DNA of 57,032 bases, from contig JBBDNB010000050.1 of assembly GCA_040877935.1 (NCBI GenBank), positions 1 to 57,032 on the forward strand, read 5' to 3'. The position numbers and the translations under genes were made by a program. Positions 1 to 7,900 of this stretch are shown here, in pieces; positions within the stretch are counted from its first letter, which is position 1; each line of letters starts with the position of its first letter. The notes below the pieces were generated by a model that saw nothing but the letters and a program-made list of their open reading frames with translations, was not told the origin of the DNA and searched no databases. The stretch is from Chitinophagales bacterium. Lineage in GTDB: Bacteria; Bacteroidota; Bacteroidia; Chitinophagales; CAIOSU01.

Positions 1-151
1 GATGCTATGCTAAAATTTCCAAACAGCCTGATTTTATTGTGCTTTCAAGCTTCATCACAAAGTCCCAATGCATAATCCGGGTGGAATTTGCCTTGCGCCC
101 CAAAATATCTATTCCGTAAAAAAGCTTAATTTCAGGGTTAAATTTTAAACT

Positions 152-1306
152 ATGAAATCATTATTTACTGTTTTTCTTGCATTGGGATCATTTATCCTTT
201 TGCATGCCCAAAGCGTTCAGCGCAGTTTCGATCACGACAATCTCAACCGGACCTACAGAATTTATGTGTCTGTCAATTATGATGCAAACAAACCGGTTCC
301 ACTGGTATTTGCTTTTCACGGTATGGGCGATCAGGCGGCAAATTTCCAGGGAATAGGCTTTAATCAATTGGCCGATCAGGATACTTTTATTGTGATATAC
401 CCACAGGCAGAAGTAGATCAGGATTTTAATGCCACTGCCTGGAATGCGGGAGTGGGTATTCCCGGTTTCTATTTAAACAGCGATATCAATGATGTGGATT
501 TTGTTTCCAAATTGATTGATTCTTTATCCAATGAGTTTTCAATAGATACACAGCGGGTTTATGCCACGGGCTTTTCCCTGGGCGGCTATATGTCGCAGCG
601 ACTGGCATGTGAACTTGATGCGAGAATTGCTGCCATTGCATCCGTTGCCGGTTTGATTGGTAACGACATCAATTGCAATCCAGGTGCTCCGGTTCCGGTG
701 CTGCATATGCATGGTACTGCCGACAGTACGATTACCTATGGAGGCGAGTTTCCTATTCCAAATTTTGGTTACACCAAAGTGGGACTTTCAGTTGATGAAA
801 TGGTGGCCAATTGGACGGGTATTAACAATTGTACTGAGCCGGTTGAGGAAGATTCCATTCCCGATACAGCCAATGACAACCTGACTATTGACCGTTTTAC
901 TTACCCCATGTGTGAGGCAGAAAGTGAAGTGATTCTGTACAAAATTAAACATGCGGGACACGAATGGATGAGCAGTCCCGGCAATGATATTGATGCTACC
1001 ATTGCTATTTGGGAATTTTTCCAAAAGCATTCCCGAAAATCAACTTCAGTAGGTATCGCAAATGCTGAATTTGACAATACCATTCAGGTATATCCCAATC
1101 CCGTATCCAATACGCTTTTTGTTAAAATGCGGGAAGCTGCTGATAGAATAATGCTCACAAATCTTTTGGGGCAGGAGCTAAGCCGTATTGAAAATCCAAT
1201 GAATTTAAATATTGCACTTTCGCTGGCGGATATAAACCCGGGCATGTATTTGCTTACTGTTCAGAAAGGAAGCGGGCAAAGCACTTTTAAGATTTTGAAG
1301 GAGTAA
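152..1306 (+). CDS. Secreted alpha/beta-hydrolase esterase (PHB-depolymerase-like) with a T9SS C-terminal sorting domain
   Basis: Seen: N-terminal signal peptide MKSLFTVFLALGSFILLHAQS and a GFSLGG (GxSxG) nucleophile motif. The last ~80 aa (VYPNPVSNTLFVKM ... LLTVQKGSGQSTFKILKE) resemble the Por/T9SS C-terminal sorting domain. Family assignment is inference from these motifs only. Confidence 0.6.
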   Translation: MKSLFTVFLALGSFILLHAQSVQRSFDHDNLNRTYRIYVSVNYDANKPVPLVFAFHGMGDQAANFQGIGFNQLADQDTFIVIYPQAEVDQDFNATAWNAGVGIPGFYLNSDINDVDFVSKLIDSLSNEFSIDTQRVYATGFSLGGYMSQRLACELDARIAAIASVAGLIGNDINCNPGAPVPVLHMHGTADSTITYGGEFPIPNFGYTKVGLSVDEMVANWTGINNCTEPVEEDSIPDTANDNLTIDRFTYPMCEAESEVILYKIKHAGHEWMSSPGNDIDATIAIWEFFQKHSRKSTSVGIANAEFDNTIQVYPNPVSNTLFVKMREAADRIMLTNLLGQELSRIENPMNLNIALSLADINPGMYLLTVQKGSGQSTFKILKE

Positions 1307-1331
1307 AATCTTTATTGTACTTCAAAAGTAG

Positions 1332-1415
1332 TGCCCAAGACAGGAGTCGAACCTGCACATCCTTTCGGACACATGAACCTGAATCATGCTTGTCTACCAA
1401 TTCCAACACTTGGGC
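1332..1415 (-). tRNA. tRNA-Leu (anticodon CAG)
   Basis: Seen: the reverse complement folds as a cloverleaf. Acceptor stem GCCCAAG/CTTGGGC, anticodon stem CATGA/TCATG, loop TTCAGGT giving anticodon CAG, a long variable arm and a GGTTCGACTCC T-arm. The 3' CCA is not encoded. Confidence 0.85.
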
Positions 1416-1524
1416 AAAATAGTTGCTTTGCTGCAACGGAGCACAAAGGTAATTAACTTGTAGGCTTTTTTTTAGAAAATTTTATTGTAAATCTTTTGAG
1501 CTGCAATCACAGAAGAAACTAAAA

Positions 1525-1926
1525 TCAAAGAAACAATTTCCTAATCCCCGACATATGTTTTATTTCTTCAAAAGTGCTTGTCAATACAGGCTTTGATAAA
1601 AACTTCATCACAAAAGGATTGGTCTCGGCTTTCTTTTTATCAAATTCTGCAATAGAAGAGGTAAGCATAAAAACAAAGGTATTTTCAGGCACGGCAACTT
1701 CTTCCAGCTCATCGAGAAATTCCCAGCCGTTCATCACCGGCATATTGATATCGAGAAAGAGAATGTAGGAAGTGTCTTTGTTGTAGGCTTCTTTTAAATA
1801 ATCGAGGGCAAGGCTACCGTTTTTGAAAACCAAAGGCGCAGTGTGAAACCCGGTTTTTTCAATCATTTTTTTTGACATAAAAATGAATATGTCATCGTCA
1901 TCAATAAGTAAGAGTTCTGTCTTCAT
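1525..1926 (-). CDS. Single-domain response regulator receiver (CheY-like)
   Basis: Seen: LLIDDDD near the N-terminus, LDINMPVMNG, and no output domain in 133 aa. Confidence 0.8.
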   Translation of the reverse strand: MKTELLLIDDDDIFIFMSKKMIEKTGFHTAPLVFKNGSLALDYLKEAYNKDTSYILFLDINMPVMNGWEFLDELEEVAVPENTFVFMLTSSIAEFDKKKAETNPFVMKFLSKPVLTSTFEEIKHMSGIRKLFL

Positions 1927-1978
1927 TAATTAGTGTTTGTCTATTAAGTCAGATGTCTGCTTCAGAATGTTCGAGTTC

Positions 1979-2017
1979 GAGCCCGCCCGAACGTGCCATT
2001 CGGTACGGGCGGGGCTT
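1979..2017. other. GC-rich stem-loop between two receiver genes
   Basis: Seen: gagcccgcccgaacgtgccattcggtacgggcggggctt forms a GC stem of about 10 bp with one bulge. The surrounding sequence is AT-rich and there is no U-tract on either strand. Confidence 0.4.
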
Positions 2018-2105
2018 GCGTAGTCCTGAAAATCAAGAGTTTACTTATGTAAATGACTGTTTTCAGGGCAAGCGTAACGAAGAAATCGGACATTATGGAC
2101 AGACA

Positions 2106-3131
2106 CTAACCATATTCTTTTTTGATATTAAATTCCTTGGTCTTGTTTATCACATCCTTAATAATATCGTCCAATTCTTCTGAAGAGCTCAAGATATGAT
2201 CGAGAAATTCTATTTTCTCGCCTTTTGAAAGATCAAGAACATCACTTTTAATCATGTTGGCCATACCGATGATTCTTGCCAATGGAGCGCGCACCACATG
2301 TGACTGGATCCAGGCTATTTCTCTCAGGCGACTGTTTTGATGTGTAATGGCATTGATATGCTGTATCCGTTCTGTAATATCATTGGCCAATACAATTTTG
2401 GCCTTTTTATTGTTATAATTAATGACATTGCTCTGAATGTCAACATCAATAATTTCCCCGAATTTTTTCTTGTGACGGAATTGGTTTTTGAAAAATTTTG
2501 CACTTTTGTCCTGTTTTTTTAAAACTTCTTCTAATTGCGGAATATCTTCTTCTGGGTGGATGCCTTTAATGGTCATTTCCCGAAATTCCTCCACCGAATA
2601 GCCGTAATGCTTTACCGCGGCATCGTTGACATCCAGAAACTGAAGCGTATCCATATCGTAAACCCACATGGGCTGTGGACTCAGGTGAAAAAGATCAGCA
2701 TATTTTTGCTCCGATTCCTTGAGCTTAACAAGGTTTTTTTTCCTTTCTATATTATAGATAATGCTTTTGTACAAAATAGCAGCATTGAGTTCATCTTTGA
2801 GCAAATAATCGGCAATGCCCATTCCCAGCGACTGAATTGCAAAATCCACATCTGAATAGCCGGTGAGAATTATAATTGGTGTATTGCCTGATATTTCCAG
2901 CATTTCTTTTACAAGCGTATCGCCTTCTTTGTCAGGAAGTGTCAGGTCCAGTAAAATGGCATCGAAATCCGTTTTTCCTGCTTCTAAAATTTGTCTGGCA
3001 TCTTCAAATTTACTGGCATGTATGACTTTGGGTGCATCAATTACATCTTCGAGATAATCCTGTACCAGGAAAAAATCCCCTTCATTGTCTTCTACTACCA
3101 GGAAATTGTATTTTCTATTATCTTTTTGCAT
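2106..3131 (-). CDS. Receiver + PAS + HisKA-like phosphoacceptor domain, no ATPase domain
   Basis: Seen: N-terminal receiver motifs (LVVEDNEGD, ILLDLTLPDKEGD), a PAS-like middle region, and a C-terminal H-box IQSHVVRAPLARIIG followed by a second helix. The protein ends about 60 aa later with no N/G1/G2 ATP-binding boxes. Domain calls are inference from motifs. Confidence 0.65.
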   Translation of the reverse strand: MQKDNRKYNFLVVEDNEGDFFLVQDYLEDVIDAPKVIHASKFEDARQILEAGKTDFDAILLDLTLPDKEGDTLVKEMLEISGNTPIIILTGYSDVDFAIQSLGMGIADYLLKDELNAAILYKSIIYNIERKKNLVKLKESEQKYADLFHLSPQPMWVYDMDTLQFLDVNDAAVKHYGYSVEEFREMTIKGIHPEEDIPQLEEVLKKQDKSAKFFKNQFRHKKKFGEIIDVDIQSNVINYNNKKAKIVLANDITERIQHINAITHQNSRLREIAWIQSHVVRAPLARIIGMANMIKSDVLDLSKGEKIEFLDHILSSSEELDDIIKDVINKTKEFNIKKEYG

Positions 3132-3138
3132 ATCTAAA

Positions 3139-3567
3139 TTACTTGAGTGGCAATCGGGCCGTTTTCATCCAAAAATCTTCTATACTATTCACGACCTTTT
3201 CCAGATCATCGGCATCAACAGGCTTGGTGATGTAGCAATTTGCATTTTCCTTGTAAGAAAGGTTTATATCATTTTTTGAAGAAGAAGTAGTGAGTATTAT
3301 GATGGGGATTTGTTTTACCGAAGCATCGTTTTTCAATACATGTAGTACTTCAAGCCCATTTTTTACCGGAAGGTTAATGTCCAGGAGAATTAAATCCGGT
3401 GTCAATGCTTTTTTGAAATTTCCTTTTTGAAACACAAAATCAATGGCTTCTTTACCATTGCGGGCAATGCTGATCTTGTATTTAAATTTACTTTCGCCAA
3501 AGGCTTCAGTTGTTAAAAAAATATCGCCCTCGTTGTCTTCCACAAGTAAAATATGTACTGACTTCAT
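3139..3567 (-). CDS. Single-domain response regulator receiver
   Basis: Seen: ILLVEDNEGD and LDINLPVKNG motifs in 142 aa. The start overlaps the stop of the upstream kinase gene by 4 nt (ATGA), suggesting translational coupling. Confidence 0.8.
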   Translation of the reverse strand: MKSVHILLVEDNEGDIFLTTEAFGESKFKYKISIARNGKEAIDFVFQKGNFKKALTPDLILLDINLPVKNGLEVLHVLKNDASVKQIPIIILTTSSSKNDINLSYKENANCYITKPVDADDLEKVVNSIEDFWMKTARLPLK

Positions 3568-4910
3568 AGTTCAATATTTTTAGAAATTGTAAAATAAAAT
3601 GTGCTGCCATTTTCAGGGTTTGACTCCACCCATATACGCCCATTCATGTGCTCAATTAATTTCTTTACAATGGACAGCCCCATCCCGGCACCTTTGTACT
3701 TATCTTCATTATGCAATCTTTGAAAGATAATAAATATTTTATCATGATATTCACTTTCAATGCCAATTCCATTGTCCCGGAAAGTAAACTGCCATTCACT
3801 TTCAGATTCTTTTGCCTCTATATTTATTTCAGGGTCAATACCTTCTCGCTTGAATTTAATGGCATTGTTCAGTAAATTTTGAAGCACCACTGTCAATGGT
3901 TTTTTGTAAGAATTAATTACAGGAACGCCACTGTAGTTGATGCTTAAATGTGCTTCTATTTTATTGTAATTCTTAAGCTCATTAATCAGTTCCTTTAAGT
4001 CAAATTGTTCTAATTCATATTCGTATTTATCAACCAAAGCAAAGTCAAGCAGGCTTAAAATTACACTGCGCATTTTTTTGGATCCTCCTACTGCAAAATC
4101 TATATATTTCAGTGCTTTTTCATCCAGTTGGTTTCCGTATTTTTTCTTCAATTGGGTTAGAAAACTTGAGATCATTCTCAATGGTTCCTGTAAATCATGA
4201 GAGGTGACATAAGCAAATTGTTCCAACTCCCTGTTTTTGATTTTAAGCGTTTTAAGTGATGTTTCAAGATTTTTTTGATTGACAGAAAGGGCTTCTTTCA
4301 ATATGCGCTGTTCTTCAAGGCTTTTTTGCATGCCTCCGAACATTTTCGGGATCAATACGGAAAAAACGGCATTGAGAAATATCAGGTTGGTTGAAATGGC
4401 CGCCCACTCAATTATTTGCTGTGAATCTGATTGATGTATTTCGAATATTTCAAGATAAATCAATAAGCCATATGCGATACAGAATAGTATATTTATGAAT
4501 ACAGGAAGAAAAGCATACCTGTAGGGAAATATGATGACCATAAAAACAGATACTGCGAGCAGGTAGATCAATCCGGGGCCGTATGACCCCAATGCTGTGA
4601 GCATAACTATGGCCAATAAATAGACCATTATTGTAAAGAGTATTTTTCTGGTAAATATGCTGAACCAACTTGTGAATGAAATAACAGCAAGAAATACAGC
4701 TGCAAAAACATCAAAAATGGCAATGGAATAGAGCTTTCCTGTAATTGATACAATGACTCCCGGAATAAGTGCGAGCAAACTCAGCGGGACAATATACAGC
4801 AGTGTTATTATGAACAGATAATCTCTCCAATATGCTATGCCATCTTCAGGAGATCCCAATTCAGGGAAGCTGCTCATTACAAGGTTTTTGTATTTATTCC
4901 AGATTTGCAT
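3564..4910 (-). CDS. Membrane-anchored sensor histidine kinase
   Basis: Seen: the N-terminal ~190 aa are hydrophobic with about six predicted TM helices. An H-box FAYVTSHDLQEPLRMI follows, and C-terminal ATPase motifs are present (NLLNNAIKF, DNGIGI, GAGMGLSIV). Confidence 0.8.
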   Translation of the reverse strand: MQIWNKYKNLVMSSFPELGSPEDGIAYWRDYLFIITLLYIVPLSLLALIPGVIVSITGKLYSIAIFDVFAAVFLAVISFTSWFSIFTRKILFTIMVYLLAIVMLTALGSYGPGLIYLLAVSVFMVIIFPYRYAFLPVFINILFCIAYGLLIYLEIFEIHQSDSQQIIEWAAISTNLIFLNAVFSVLIPKMFGGMQKSLEEQRILKEALSVNQKNLETSLKTLKIKNRELEQFAYVTSHDLQEPLRMISSFLTQLKKKYGNQLDEKALKYIDFAVGGSKKMRSVILSLLDFALVDKYEYELEQFDLKELINELKNYNKIEAHLSINYSGVPVINSYKKPLTVVLQNLLNNAIKFKREGIDPEINIEAKESESEWQFTFRDNGIGIESEYHDKIFIIFQRLHNEDKYKGAGMGLSIVKKLIEHMNGRIWVESNPENGSTFYFTISKNIEL

Positions 4911-4999
4911 AGATTTTAGAATTCATAGTGATTTTTCAGAAATAGTGATTTCCCTTGAAATTTGCAGGGTTTAAATCCTGGAAAGCGGGGAGGGGTAAT

Positions 5000-7900
5000 T
5001 TATTTTTTGGGTTTTTTTATGGTAAAATAAAATGTACTGCCTTTGCCCGGAGTGGATTTCACCCATATTTTTCCACCGAGGTTTTCTATCGTCTTTTTTA
5101 CGATTGCAAGCCCCAGGCCGGTGCCACTGTATTCTGTTTTATCATGTAGTCTTTTAAAAATCACGAAGATTTTGTCAAGATTATTCTTCTCAATACCGAT
5201 ACCATTGTCTTTTACAGCTATTTTCCAATGATCCTTAAATTCCTCGCTGCTGATTTTTATTTTCGCTGCAATATTTTTTTTCCTGTACTTCAGCGCATTG
5301 TTAATCAAGTTGTGCAATACCTGGCGAAGTGGAGATCTGAATGATTTAACCGAATGGAGTTTTTTGAATTGAATTTCCGCTCCTGATTCCTCAATTGCCT
5401 TATCATGTAGCGCAGTTATATTTTTGATCATTTCACCCAATTGAATCTTTTCAAGATTGTCTTCGTGTTTACCCACTCTTGAAAACTCCAGCAAGTCAAG
5501 AATTATTTGCCGCATTCGCACAGCACCATCTACTGCAAAATGGATGTATTTGTTGCCTTTTTCGTCTAATTTATCGCTGTATTTTTTTTCAAGCTGGGTG
5601 AGGAAATTTGTGATCATCCTGAGTGGTTCCTGCAAATCATGCGAAGCTACATAGGCAAATTGCTCCAGCTCATAGTTGGATTGGGAAAGTGCCAGGGTTT
5701 GTTTCTGCAGACTTTCGTTGAGCTGCTTTAAAGAAGCTTCAAATTCTTTTTGGGCGCTAATGTCCGTAACTGCTCCAACCATTCTAATCGCCCTGTTTTT
5801 TTCATTGCGGATAATTATACCCCTGTCACTTACATAGGTATAGGAATTGTCGGCCTTTTTGTAGCGGTATTCAGCTTCCCACTTTTCGCAATTGGGGTTT
5901 TTAAGCGCTTTGTCTAAGCTGTCTGCTATCTTTTTATAATCTGCTTTGTGAATTTTTTTGCTCCAATTATCAATTGGTTGCTTTTTTTTATATATTTTAT
6001 ACCCAAACAAATCTGTGTATCCGCTGCCCCAATAGATTGTATCGTCCACAATATTATAATCCCAAATGGCATCGCGGGTAGCTTGCGCCACTTTTTCAAA
6101 GCGATTGTTACTCGCTTTCAGTTCTTTTTCGGCCTCTATTCGCTCTGTAATATCAATACCTATGCACTGAATTTCATTTGGATTGCCCTTGCCATCAAGG
6201 ATACATATGAAATCCCAAAGTGTGGTTACTACTCCTCCATTTTTACTTGGTTTGTCAATTTCTATTTTAAAAACCTTTTCAGGTTCTTTCACACATTGCT
6301 CTACTGTTTCAAAAACTTTCAAGTGATCGTGTTCACAAATTGAGGTCAAGCTGTTTTTTCCGAGAATTTTACCGTCAGGATATAACCATCCAAAATCCTC
6401 TTCAAATTTCTTGTTGAAATAGGAGTAATTCCCTTCCATATCGGTGCGGATCACATAATTGGTCTGTGATTCGTAAAATCCACGATACCTCGATTCGCTT
6501 TCTTTGAGTTTTTCCTGTGTTTCAAAAATTTCAGTAATATCCACACTATTGAGTACAATGCCTTTTACTGCATAGTCATCAATCATATTTGTAGCAATGG
6601 TTTGTACCCATCTCCATCCGCCATTTTTGTGCTTAAAACGGTGCGGTGATGATTTTACACGGTTTTCTTTTTGAAGTAATTTAAATTCATCTTTTGTTTT
6701 CCTTAAATCATCTGGATGGATAAAGTCAAAGGGATTTTTTCCCATAAGTTCACTGTGTGTATAGCCTATATAATTCTTGTGGCTCGGGCTCACATATTTA
6801 AACAGGTTTTTTTTATCAAGTACTGAAATAAGGTCGGAACCGTCCTGAACCAGGGATCTGAACCTTTGCTCGCTGAATTTTATTTTTTGCCTTGAAATGA
6901 TCTGGTCGATGCACATTACCAGGTTATTGGCCACTGAATCAACCATTTGGATTTCTTCTTTCAGAAATGATTCTTTCTCTTTTACTGCAGTTTTTTGTCG
7001 GTAGAACACTTCAATGCTCAGTTCTTTTCCATCCGTACTTTTTTTAGCCGATTTCGTAATCCACTTGCTTTTTCTGTGATTATCCGATTTGTAGATTTTT
7101 CCATCATAATGGATTTGTGCACTTGTTATGTCGGGATATTGAAATCCGTCAGGCAATAATTTTACTGCTTTACCCAATAATTCATCAATATCGTAATTGT
7201 AATTGCCAAGACTTGTGATTTTGTACAGGCAATTTTGCTCTTTGTTCCTTTCTTTAAGTGAATGAAGCACCTGGTCAAGTTCTCTTTGTGCTTGTTTTTG
7301 TTTGGTAATATCCCTTATGGAAGTAATCGTGAACTTCCTTCCATCTGCTCTGTGAATGAGCCTGGTCACAACTGCTACATCGATGGTTTTACCATTTTTA
7401 CCAAGCACTTCATATTCGCCACTTATTTCCTTGCCATAATTTGTAAATGTTTCGTTTTTAATAGATGTCTGGTATTCTTCCAACATCTTTTTCTTCTGAC
7501 CGGTAAGCACTATTTTGGTGAACTTTTCACCGATCAATTCAGCCTTTTTGTAGCCGTATATTTTGCAGTATTCATCATTTACATCTTCAAAAACTCCATT
7601 TTCATCAATAATGCATATGCCAACAGTAACGGCATTAAAAACAGTATTGACCAGTAATTCTGTTTCAATGAGCTTTGACAGGGCAATTTTAAGATCGCTG
7701 ATATCCAACAAACCAATGGAAATGCCTGCCACACTTCCATCGCTGTAGCTTACGGGAGTATAACTTACCGAATACCAGCATTTTTGTCCTTTGCTATTGG
7801 TAAATTCTTTTTCATCCTGAAATTTTTTGCCTGCTACAGCCTTGTTAAAATCCTGCACGAAAGTTTCAATTTGTCCTGAAGGAAACAGGTCTATAATACT

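Noticed and set aside
1965-2017. Possible tRNA-like fragment (gttcgag repeats resembling a T-arm)
   Set aside because: No consistent acceptor/T-stem pairing could be built. Treated only as a GC hairpin.
1953-2183. 76-aa plus-strand ORF
   Set aside because: It spans the GC-rich hairpin and the 3' end of the minus-strand receiver-PAS gene. It is a shadow ORF.
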